A stretch of DNA of 61,479 nt, counting the filler, from Chiloscyllium plagiosum (taxonomy: Eukaryota): the NCBI RefSeq assembly GCF_004010195.1. It is 4 parts of one record of this genome, joined end to end, with 100 filler letters (N's around TTAATTAATTAA, not from the genome) between each part and the next. Parts side by side here need not be neighbours in the genome. Positions count along the whole stretch, not along the records: positions 48,283 to 58,035 come from NC_057717.1; positions 58,136 to 61,479 come from NC_057717.1; 2 more parts are not named here. One strand, given 5' to 3'. The notes under the pieces are model-generated. The model saw only the letters and a list, made by a program, of their open reading frames with translations. It was not told the origin of the DNA and did not search any database. This document shows, one piece after another, positions 50,897 through 61,479 of this stretch. The position numbers were made by a program, and so were the translations under genes. How positions within the stretch are numbered: position 1 is the first letter of the stretch; every line of letters begins with the position of its first letter.

Positions 50897-53800
50897 ATCA
50901 TTCCATATATTTTAGAAATGTTAATAAACTGAGTGTCTTTCCCATAGTAATTAAATGTGCCCATGACATGACGGAAAATAAGCAAAATCTATTAATTGGA
51001 CAGAAATTTGACATTGCTCTTCATTCTAGAGGCTATTGCTAAAAAAATGTCATAAACCAGGAAGTGGCAGAAAAATTACAAAATTGTTGAATAGTTACTT
51101 CGTAAATTGTTGAACTTGCGGACTGCCAAATACCTGGTGTTGATAGACTTCATCCTCAGGTTTGAAATAGCAGCTAGTAGGATCCTTGATGTATTAGTTT
51201 TAATTTTCTGGCTTGTTTGATTGAGCGAAGATCTTAGTAGATTGGAAGATAGAAAACATAATTCCTCATTTCATCAGATGATGTGAGAATTTGTGCAGTT
51301 TAGCAGCAAATGGGAGAATTGGACTATTGGATGGAAGAATTAGAGTAGCGCACCCCTAAACGGGAGAATTGGGTTTGCGAACTCTGTCAGTTCTCAAACA
51401 ATCTCGCAGCACTGATTTTTGACAAGTCACTGCCTCAGGACGAAACCTCAGACAATAAGACTCTTCATCAATTCTGACCCTCTGGCACTGAAACAATCCC
51501 TCAGTAATAAACATCTGATAATGATGCAACATCACAGTACTGACCCTCTAATTAAGAAGCACTCCCTCAATTGTTGAATATGGGTCAGTTATGGCTAGCC
51601 CTAAGCCTAACTCTAACCCTCAATTCTGAACCCATTAAAAGAGGCACTGGCTGAGTATTTACTCGTTGTTACTAATGCACTCCCTCTGTTCTGTGTGATT
51701 GTTTGAGTACCCAAGCCTGATTCTCTCATTTAGGAGTGGTCTACTCTAATTGTCCCATCCAATATCGTCCTTCACCAATTCTCCCATTTACTGCAAAACT
51801 GCACAAATTCTGACCCCATTGCAAAAAGGCAATTTCTGAGTATTGACCCGCTGTTGCTAATGCACTCCCGAAGCGCCTCCGTGGAATGAGGTCAGAATTC
51901 AGGGCTTCGTCATGATTAGAGGGTGAGGACAAAGGTATCTCTGAAGCACCGTCGAAGGGTTTATACTGAGGGAGTACTTCCTTTTCAGAGGGTCATAACT
52001 GAAGGAGTGCCTTATTGTCAGAGTTTCTGTCTGGCACCAGTGAAATAAGTGACATCCTCACAATTAAGTGATCAGTACTTTGGGTACTACAGCTTTACCA
52101 TCGGGTCAGTCCTGAGGGAGTTCGGGAATAGCAGTACTGAAGTATTGCCTCTTTTAGGGAATCCCTACAGTGTGGAAACAGGCCATTTGGCCCAAGAAAT
52201 TCGCACCAACCCCCGAAATAATAACCCACCTAGCAAAGGTTCCCTATCCTATTAGTAAACATTTACCACTGACTAATGCACATAACCTATACATCCCTGA
52301 ACACTATGCGCAAATTAAGAAAGTCAATTCACCTACACTGCATATAGTTGGATTGTGGAAGGATATCGTAACACGTGGAGGAAATCCAAAAACAGACACG
52401 GTGCAATTGTGCACGGTCCACGCAGACAGTCGCCCGAGGCTCCTTTTTTATGTTGGTCAATAATGAAGGGGTGCCTCAATGGCACAGAGTCAGTTTCGGC
52501 AGTGTCTCTTTTTTTTTACTGGTTTAGTAATTACCAAGTCTCTCGTTGTCACAGCGGGGAGAAATAAGGGATTGCATGAGAGACAGGGTGTCAATACTCA
52601 CCCAGTCCTTCCTTGGAATGTCGTCAGAATTGTCAGATTCAGCACCAATGAATTGCAGCACTGTCAGAAGTTCGGTTCTGAGGGAGTACCTCATTGTTAG
52701 AGAGTCAGACTCGAAGAGGTGCCTGATTAAAAGGGGGTCAGAACTGAGGAGATACCTCACCATTCTAGAATCAGCACGGAGGGACCTCCTCAGCTCCATT
52801 ACAGGGTAGATTCTGAGTTTCTCGTTGTCAGAGGGTCAGTTACTAACAATTGATTACGTGTCTGAGTGTCAATAATAAGGCATTGTCTCAATGTAAGGGA
52901 GTCAGAATTGAGAGTGTCACACATGTAAAGCGTCAGTTGTGAGGTCCTGCAGCTCTGCCAGGAGGCCAGGATTCAGGTTGTACTGTACTGCCAGAGGGTC
53001 AGTACTGGGGAAAATGCCTTAGGATCAGACAGTAAATACTGAGAAGTTGCATCATTGCCAGAGACTGAGTTCTCAGAGTACATCATATTTTCAGACTTTT
53101 TCGTCTGAGGATGTGCCTCGATTTAATGGGGTCAGAATGGAAGGAGTGATGTATGATTATTGGCTTGAGGACTAAGGTAAAGCAGCACTGGCAGTGAGTC
53201 GGTTCTTGAGGGCGGGCCTGCTTATCTGCGTGGGTGCCCTGAGGAAATGAATCATTTTAAATGTGTTTCAAATGAGAGTGTGTCTCGTGATTTGATCGTC
53301 AGTACTGGAAAGTTGCAGATCGATCAGAGGGTCAGTAGTGAGGGGCTGCCTCTTTGTTCGAGGTTCACTTCTGAGGGAGAGCTTCATTATCAACATGGCA
53401 GTGTTGGGAAAGGGAGTGCAGTATTGTCAGATGACCAGTGGGGTAATGAGGTCAGATTGATCTTGTGTCTCATGAATAAAGATCTGGACTGAGGTGCTGC
53501 AGCTCTGTCAGAGAGTCAGTTCTGAAGGAGGGCCTCATTGTCAGAGGATCACGTTGAGCCGGTGTCTCATTTGAATTGGGTCAGAATTGAGGGAATGCCA
53601 CATGTTTCTCGGATTAGTTCTGAGGTCGTGCGGCACTGTCTGCCAGTCAGTCGTGAGGTAATGCCTCATTGTCAGAAGGCTGTTTTGAGGCAATGCTCCT
53701 TTGGCAGAGGGTGAGCACCTTTAGTGCTGACCCCCAGACAGTGCAGCACTAACTCAGAACTAACTCTCTGTCAATGAAACATTCCCTCAGTAATGAGTCT

Positions 53801-56299
53801 CTGACAGTTCAGCACTCCCTCATTATTGGCTCTCCATCAGTGCGGCTCTCCTCACAACTGACTTTTCGACAGTGCAGCACTCCCTCAATACTGAAACTCC
53901 GATAGTGCAGAACTCCTTCATTACTGAGTCAAACAGTGCAGCTCTCCTTCAGTGCTGAACCACCGACAGTGCAGCACTCCTTCATTACTAGCTCTGACAG
54001 TGCAGCACTCCCTCCGTACTGACTCCGGCAGTGCAGAACTCCCTCTGTGCTGACTCTCTGTGAGTGCAGCACTCCCTCAGTACCAATTCTCTTACAGTGC
54101 AGCACACCATTAGTTCTGAGTCTCTGAAAATGCAGCATCTCCTCAGTGCTGACACCAGACGCTGTGCCACTGTCAGAGGAACAGAACAGTAGGAATGTTG
54201 TATTTCGAGCGGATATGTGCTGAGGAACTGCCTGATTGTTGAAGGGTCAATTCTAAGGTAGTTCCTGTTTTCCAGAGTGTCAGATCTGAGGTAGTGTAAA
54301 AGTCAGAGAATGTCAATAGCTTGGCTCAGTATTTAGCACTGCTGCCTCACAACGCCATGGACAGTATTTCAATTCCCGCCTCGGAAAACGATCGGTGTGG
54401 AATTTGTACATTCTCGCCATGTCTGCGTGGGTTTCTTTAGGATTCTCATAATCCAAAGATGCACTTTTGGTGAATTGGCCACCCGAAATTCTCCATATTA
54501 TTCATGGTACTATGGGATATTTGCATTCTTCACCGTTAGAAATAGAGTAATAGCGTAGCGAAACGGTTCTCGATGGGTTACTCTTCGGAGACTCTGTGTG
54601 GACTTTGTTGGGCCTCATGCTCTGTTTCCACACTGAAAAGGATTCCATGAATATTGAGTCACTGCCTCATTCTAAGAGTGTCAGAGGGAGCTAAACAATC
54701 ATAAGGTCCGCACAAGGGATCTATCTCATTGTCTGATGGTCAATACTGTGGCACTGCCTCTGTACTAGTGTCACACGGAGGCAGTGTCACCGGGGACCCA
54801 GAGGATTTGGTGGAACTAGATTTCGAAAAGTCATTCGACAAGGTGTCGCACGCGAGACTGCTGCAAAAGATACATATGCATGGTTCTAGGCGTAGAGTAT
54901 TAGCGTGGATAGAAGATTGGTTTACTGACAGGAAGCAAAAAGTGGGATAATGTGTGCTATTCTGGCTGGCAATCTGTGATGAGTGCTGTGCCTCCGGGGT
55001 CAGTGCTGGGACCACAATTATTTACAAATTATATCGATGATTTGGAATTGGGTATCACAAAAAAAAAATTGCCATTGGCACTAAGATGAGTGATAAGTAA
55101 AGTTTCCAGAAGACTGTGAATCTTTTCAGAGGAACATAGATACGTTGAGTGAGGAAGCAAATGGAATACAACTTTTGTAAACGCGAATTCATACTTTTTG
55201 GTCGGAGTAACAGCAAAATAAGTTAGTATACGAATGGTAAACGTTGTAACATGCTGTTACGCAGAGGGACTTGGGTGTTATTGTGCATAACTCACAGGAG
55301 ATTGTTCGGGAGGTGCAACAAGTAATTTGGAAGGCAAATACAATTTTGGCCTCCATTATGAGAGGGGTTGAGTTTAAAAGCAGAGAGGTAATCTTTAGCT
55401 GTACATTGTGCTGGTGAGGACGCAGCTGAAGTGGTGTGTGCAGATTTGGTCTACTTATTTATGAAAAAAGGTGGCACTTGTGGGGGTGCAAAGGAGGTTC
55501 ACTAAGTTGATTCAGGAGTTGAGTGGTTTATTTTATAAGGAGAGGCTGAGAAGATTGAGATTATGCTCATTGGAATTCAGGAGAATGAGGTGGAATCGTA
55601 TAGAAGCTTATAAAATTATGAAGGGAGTGGATAAAATTGAAATTGATAATAGGTTTCTCCTGATGAGTGAAACTAGGACGAGAGGGCATAGCCTCACGAT
55701 TAGAAGAAGCAGGTTTAGAACTGAACTGAGAAAGAACATCTTCACCCAGAGGATTGTTAATCTATCTAATTCCTTGCCCAGGAAATTAGTTACCACTACT
55801 GCGGTAATTACTTTTAAAGTAAGGTACGTACTTAGTTTGGAAAATAATGGAATTAAATGATATGGTAAAAAAAAGAAACTCAGTTAGGTGGAGGTGAGTC
55901 CATAAAAATGATTAGCCATGACCTTATTGAGTGGCGAAACAGGGTTGAAGGGCCGGACCGCCTACTGCAGCTACTAGATCTAATGTTATTATGCTTCAAT
56001 TGGAGAGTCTGGACTGATTTGCTGCTTTTTAGTTCTGTCAGTTGGTCATTACTGAAGGATTTTCTCATTGCCAAGGCGCGAGCATTGAGTTATTGAAGCA
56101 CTGTCAGAGCACCGGTACTCAGGCATTGCAACACAATCAGAGAAACAAAGCTGTAGCACTGCATAATTGCCAGAGATAAATACTGAGGCAATGCCACATT
56201 GCAAGAGTGTCAGCATTCACCGAGTGCCAAACGATAACGTGTTCAGTACTAGGATGTCACAGTACTATCAACAGGTCAATTGTAGGTCAATGCCACATT

Positions 56300-58035
56300 G
56301 TCAACAGACAATAGACAATAGGTGCAGGAGTAGGCCATTCTGCCTTTCGAGCCTGTGCCACCATTCAATATGATCATCGCTGATCATCCTTAATCAGTAT
56401 CGTGTTCCTGCCTTATCTCCATAACCCTTGATTCCACTATCCTTGAGAGCTCTATCCAACTCTTTCTTACATGAATCCAGAGACTGGGCTTCCACTGCCC
56501 TCTGGGGAAGACCATTCCACATAGCTACCACTCTCTGGGTGAAGAAGATTCTCCTCATTTCTGTCCTTATTTTTAAGCTGTGTCCTCTGGTTCGGCAAAC
56601 ACCCATCAGCGGAAATATGTTTCCTGCCGCCAGAGTGTGCAAACCTTTAATAATCTTATATGTCTCAATAAGATCCCCTCTCAGTCTTCTAAACTCAAGG
56701 GTATGCAAGCCCAGTCGCTCCAGTCTTTCAGTATAAGGTAACCCCGCCATTCCAGGAATTGACCTCATGAACCTACGCTGCACTCCCTCAATAGCCAGAA
56801 TGCCTTTCTTCAAATGTGGAGACCAGAACTGCACACAGTACTCCAGGTGAGGTCTCACAAGGGCGCTGTACAGCTGCAGAAGAACCTCTTTGATTCTATA
56901 CTCAATCCCTCTTGTTATGAACACCAGCAGTCTATTTGCCTTCTTCATTACCTGCTGTACCTGCATGCTTACCTTCATTGTCTGGTGTACAAGAACACTC
57001 AGATCACTCTGTACTGTCCCTTTACCTAAATTGATTCCATTGAGGTAGTAATCTGCGTTCCAGGTCTTGCCACCAAAGTGGATAACCATACATTTATCCG
57101 CATTGAACTGCATCTGCCATGCATATATCCACTCACCAAATTTGTCCAGGTCACCCTGTAATCTTCTAATATCCTCATCAGATTTTACGCTGCCGTCCAG
57201 ATTAGTATCATCAGCAAATTTGCTAATGTTATTGCTCATACCATGTTCTATAGCATTAACATATATTGTAAAAAGCTGCGGTCCAAGTACTGATCCCTGC
57301 GGTGCCCCAATGGTCACTGCCTGCCATTTTGAAATGGAGCCGTTTGTCACTACTCTTTGTTTCCTATCAGCCAACCAACTTTCAATCCAAATTAGTGCTT
57401 TGCCCCCAATACCATGCGCCTTAATTTTGCTCACTAACCTCCTATGTGGGACTTTATCAAAAGCTTTCTGAAAGTCGAGGTACACCACATATACTGGATC
57501 TCCCTCGTCCATCTTCAGAGTTACATTCTCAAAAATTTCCAGAAGATTAGTCAAGCATGATTTCCCCTTCATAAATCCATGCTGACTCGGACCTATCCTG
57601 CTACTAATATCTAGATTGTCGTAATTTAATCTTTTGTAATAGACTCCAGCATCTTCCCCAACACTGAGGTCAGACTAACTGGTCTATAATTTCCTGCTTT
57701 CTCTCTCCCACCTTTCTTAAAAAGTGGTATAACATTAGCCATCCTCCAATCCGCAGGAACTGATCCCGAATCTATCGAACTCTGGAAAATAATCACCAAT
57801 GCATCCACGATTTCTCGAGCCACCTCGTCAGTACCCTGGGATGTAGACCATCAGGCCCCGGGGACTTATCAACCTTCAGACCTAACAGTCTCTCCAACAC
57901 CAATTCCTGGCAAATATAAATTCCCTTCAGTTCAGGTCCTTCAGCCACTGTTACCTCAGGGAGATTGCTTGTGTCTTCCCCAGTGAACACAGATCTGAAG
58001 TACCAATTCAACTCTTCTGCCATTTCTTTGTTCCC
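56300..58035 (-). mobile_element. CR1 LINE, paralog of 35225-38850, cut by a gap
   Basis: Same insertion junction and tail (caatagacaatagg); KSPGPDGLHPRVL and NYRPVSLTSV. Confidence 0.95.
56394..57572 (-). CDS. CR1 ORF2 reverse transcriptase domain, 392-aa open frame (transposon-derived; upstream ORF2 is frameshifted)
   Basis: YLDFQKAFDKVPH, PQGSVLGP, KFADDT, LVRPHLEYCVQFW. Confidence 0.8.
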   Translation of the reverse strand: MKGKSCLTNLLEIFENVTLKMDEGDPVYVVYLDFQKAFDKVPHRRLVSKIKAHGIGGKALIWIESWLADRKQRVVTNGSISKWQAVTIGAPQGSVLGPQLFTIYVNAIEHGMSNNISKFADDTNLDGSVKSDEDIRRLQGDLDKFGEWIYAWQMQFNADKCMVIHFGGKTWNADYYLNGINLGKGTVQSDLSVLVHQTMKVSMQVQQVMKKANRLLVFITRGIEYRIKEVLLQLYSALVRPHLEYCVQFWSPHLKKGILAIEGVQRRFMRSIPGMAGLPYTERLERLGLHTLEFRRLRGDLIETYKIIKGLHTLAAGNIFPLMGVCRTRGHSLKIRTEMRRIFFTQRVVAMWNGLPQRAVEAQSLDSCKKELDRALKDSGIKGYGDKAGTRY

Positions 58036-58728
58036 NNNNNNNNNNNNNNNNNNNNNNNNNNNNNNNNNNNNNNNNNNNNTTAATTAATTAANNNNNNNNN
58101 NNNNNNNNNNNNNNNNNNNNNNNNNNNNNNNNNNNTGCAGACACATCCATGTCACCGGGAATCAGCTCTCCTACAACCGGGAACGACTCCCTTCAAGGCT
58201 TTCAGTGTCTTGTAGTTTCCCAAGTTTTCTCACTGTCCCGGAGCCCAGATGAGTTTTCAATTCCTGATGTGAAGCAAAGACAATCATATTATTATCTCAA
58301 ATTAGTTCATGTCCCGAGAAAATCAGAGTTAATGTCCCGGCTCCTTAAAAAAGGGGAAAGTGTCTCGACTGTCTCTGCTCAGCCGGATCGATTCACCCTT
58401 CATTCTGCTCTGAGTCTAAAGAGTTTGTAAAAATTCACAAAGCTAAAGACTGTTTTTTCGATTTTGCTCCCTGAACATTTTCCAACGTCAACCGACAAGA
58501 TTTTAAACAAAATGTAGAATAAATACAGAGAATACTACAGCAATACAACAGCTTTAGTATTGTTTCACGGAAGACAAACAGAGCTTACACTTTGACAAAG
58601 GCACGTTCCTTGATCAGAACTCGAGGACTCTTAAAGTCAAAACATTTCCAGACCTGAGACGGATTTGCTGTTGTTGGAGCGAAATCTTCCTCAGCAGAAA
58701 GTCAGTTAACATCTAAAAGCAGAAGAAA

Positions 58729-58811
58729 CATAATCTGCAGGATCCAACCTGCGCAGGAAAACACCAATGGAACTTTTTAGACCAATGCCTTAACCACTCA
58801 GGCATAATTAC
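58729..58811 (-). pseudogene. tRNA-Ser(AGA) pseudogene
   Basis: GTAATTATGCCTGAGTGGTTAAGGCATTGGTCTAAAAAGTTCCATTGGTGTTTTCCTGCGCAGGTTGGATCCTGCAGATTATG aligns end to end with vertebrate tRNA-Ser (GTAGTCGTGGCCGAGTGGTTAAGGCG...GCGCAGGTTCGAATCCTGCCGACTACG). CpG decay; anticodon and T loops damaged. Confidence 0.85.
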
Positions 58812-59239
58812 CAACCAGCGTATATTGCTTACTATTTCTTATGGAATGAGAGTTCCAACAGGAAAGGCGAGTAATTGGCTTGTCAATGTCTGCAGCATGA
58901 TCCTACGATTTCCTGTCCCAATGTATTTGATCAGAACGGAGGAGGCTGATGGGAAGTTGAATTGAACTACGCACATTATTGAGAATTAGAGTGAATGGGA
59001 AAGATCCATTTCCATGAGCAGAGAGATTAATAATCAGCGCAATGGATCAATGAAGAAAGATGTCTTTGTTTTTGCATCACACCTATCCACACCATCTGGT
59101 TCGGTCAATGAACTACTTCTGAAAGAGGTTCGTCATTGGTAAATATAATGTGTAAATCAGGGCAGCTGGTTTAACCAAAGGTGAAACCAAAAAGTGCTTC
59201 AGATTCTCAGAACTGGCATTGGAAACACCGGTGAGTCTA

Positions 59240-59560
59240 TCCTAAATTTTAGGGATTTATTCTGCTCTAATTTACATCTGGGATGGAGAGAGCTTAATCT
59301 GAGGGAAAGGGGTTATCTATTTAAGACACGGATGAGGCGGATTTTCCGTCTTTAAAAGGGTAGGAAATCTGTGATATTCGTTCCAACAGAGGGCAGTCAA
59401 GGCTGTGCGTATTGAATCCTGAGATAGACAGACACTTAGTCACTTATGGAATCAAGGACCACAGGAATAAGGCAGGAAAGTGAAGTTGAGGACCAACCAA
59501 ATCAGCCATGATTTTATCAAAAAGTGAGCTGATCAGATAGAACAGCTTTCATCTACACCA
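59240..59560 (+). mobile_element. CR1 3'-end fragment
   Basis: tttaagacacggatgaggcgg...ggaatcaagg...aaggcaggaaagtg...tcagccatga, as in other CR1 tails in this window. Confidence 0.6.
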
Positions 59561-59701
59561 ATGTCATAGCTGCCATTTGGAAAATGCCAGAGACGATTGT
59601 AAAGGAAGAGATAGCTGGATAATTAGAAAGGATTATTGCAGTCAAAGTCAACATCGCGTTGTTAACTGATTGCACATGTGGCTGGGCTACGTTCTCTGGG
59701 T

Positions 59702-59775
59702 GCTGCCGTTGGTCAGGTGCCTAAAGCGTCTGTCCAATAATTAGGCGATTATGAGTTCAAGTTCCCGCGGAGTCT
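59702..59775 (+). pseudogene. tRNA-Thr(AGT)-derived pseudogene
   Basis: Ungapped 74-nt alignment to a recalled vertebrate tRNA-Thr(AGT) sequence with about 51 matches (GCCGT...TAAAGCGtCTGTC...AGGcGAT...GTTCa...GCGG). Confidence 0.65.
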
Positions 59776-60424
59776 GCCAAGTGCCTCGCTGTTTAATTGA
59801 TTAATTATCTCGCAAATTGCCTATTGTTGATCCAGTATCTCGAAGGTGGCAACTGAGCATCTTTTCATAGTTTGAACTCAGCATGTTGTCATTTGCTGCT
59901 AACCCATCAGCGAATATTGTTTCCTACTAATTCAACCTGAAGTCTCCTGCCTCTGTGCGAGAAGCACTTCTCCTTCTCTTTTATTTCTCATCTTTGATTT
60001 ACAGTTTGCTGGCAATAACGAGGTGAGGCAGGAGACAATACAGGCTTCCCAGGGAATAATGTGCTAATGGCACAGACACAACAACCTGATCACGCTCATT
60101 CTCTATTATGATCATTATTCATTTTACACCAATAGTAAATGCATCATTGCCATTCTATAATTGTGGTGGAATCGATTTTTATCTGATGGATTATTAATTC
60201 TAATAAGAATTCTAAATGCTCGTAACATTTTGAGTTCAGAAATGTATCCTTAGCTCAGACCAAAGCGAAAGACACATGATCCAGAGAACATGAGTCAAGT
60301 TTTATGCATTTCACCAGGGGTTCAGGGAAAATGTCACTCCACAGATTCACTCTTAAGTTGTCTCCGCTCTCAGACTTTATAAAAAGTTAAAGTGGGAAAT
60401 GAGAAATACGGACAGATCGACAGT

Positions 60425-60927
60425 TTGGATTTAAGTTTGCCCGCTTAGCTGGAAGGTTCATTTCCATAAGTTTCATCACCCTAATAGGTAACATCTTTAG
60501 TGGGCTTCAGGCGAAGCACTGTTGTTAGTTCTGGCTTTCTATTTATATTTTTGGGTTTCTTTAGGCAGTGATGCCTTTTCCTGTGTGATGTCATTTGTTG
60601 TGGTAAAATCCCTTCCTGTTCTTTTTCTCAGAGGGTGATGGATGGGGTCAAGCTCGTGTTTGTTGTGAGTGTTCTAGTTCTAATACCAGGCTTATAGGAA
60701 CTCTCGTGCGTGTCTTTGAATGGCTTGTATTAGGATAGATGTGTTTTCCCAGTCGAAGTGGTGTCCTTCATTTTTATGTTAGGATACTAGTGAAAGAAAG
60801 TCATGCCTTTTTGTGGCGCATTGGTGTTCATGTATGCTGGTGGCCAATGTCATTTACAAAATACCATGCAGGGGTCATAACAAACAATACATTGGACAAA
60901 CAGGGAGAAAACTGACCACCAGGATAC
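60425..60927 (-). mobile_element. Penelope-like 3' fragment with inverted 5' segment
   Basis: Minus strand 60425-60846 has a terminal repeat with decayed core CTAAAGA-TGTTACC...GGTGAT-GAAAC and LATSIHEH. Plus strand 60846-60927 reads NVIYKIPCRGHNKQYIGQTGRKLTTRI. Confidence 0.8.
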
Positions 60928-60989
60928 CACTTGCAGGTCATTTAGGGGGTGAGGAAATACAGGCAAAATACAGAGACATTTTTAATAGC

Positions 60990-61479
60990 ATGGGCTACAC
61001 AAAAATGGAGGTGAATTTTGGCAGATTGGCCCTAATAACTCTAACATCGTGCATTAAAAGCAATGTTTAGTGGACCTATCAAATCTACATGTAATTTAGA
61101 GAGGTGAACTACTTGATAAGGACTTTAGACAGGAGTGTGTCATGTGAATATGCTCAAAAGATATTTTGATTGGGAAGTAAAGCAAGAGGAGAAGGTGTTA
61201 ATGATTACAGCACAAAAAGTAGGACCGAGTTCGGAGGGTTCTGGATTGGACATTCCTCTACTCAATGTGGACAATGAGGAAGTTGTCAAAAATTGGAATA
61301 CATTATTGAGTTACATTCCACAAGAAAATCGAAATGACCTGACAGGTTTATTACTGTTATATAGGCAGATATGCAGAAATAAACTGGGAAGGACTATCTT
61401 CATTGCATATGATGCAGCTGTAGATGTTGTTCCGTTGAAGCAACATCCTTAGTTGCATAACCATATAAAGTTGGCACAG
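60990..61479 (+). mobile_element. Gmr1-type Gypsy fragment: integrase C-terminus running into RT N-terminus
   Basis: tttagtggacc (FSGP, GPY/F module), CHVNMLKRY, then ICRNKLGRT...PLKQHP. Confidence 0.75.

Larger units (their letters stand above)
46798..58035 (+). repeat. Segmental duplication, copy 2, with copy-specific insertions
   Basis: Starts atatcctggtgttg as at 28353; resumes at 50897 (equivalent to about 29826); ends at a gap equivalent to 36931. Confidence 0.95.

Overview
Eukaryotic, repeat-saturated DNA with no supportable host protein-coding gene. The repeat families (HE1-type tRNA SINEs, abundant CR1 LINEs, Penelope elements) point to a cartilaginous fish, probably a shark; this is an inference. 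Contents: many CR1 remnants (one keeps an open 392-aa RT ORF), Penelope-like elements with GIY-YIG endonuclease, a decayed Gmr1-type Gypsy LTR element with SCAN-like Gag, Rex1/Babar fragments, several tandem-repeat arrays, two decayed tRNA genes, a segmental duplication of at least 8.5 kb (28353-36931 vs 46798-58035), and assembly gaps, three with an artificial TTAATTAATTAA linker. The most interesting signal is a family of short non-coding fold-back insertions carrying minimal hammerhead ribozyme cores (CUGANGA...GAAAC-GUC). The best copy (4651-4873) is a 189-bp near-perfect palindrome with a ribozyme core on each strand, flanked by a target-site duplication. Also notable is a tailless SINE head flanked by a perfect 52-bp duplication, with the empty site preserved in the paralogous segment. 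Boundaries of decayed repeats are approximate, and all family assignments are from motif recognition without database searches.
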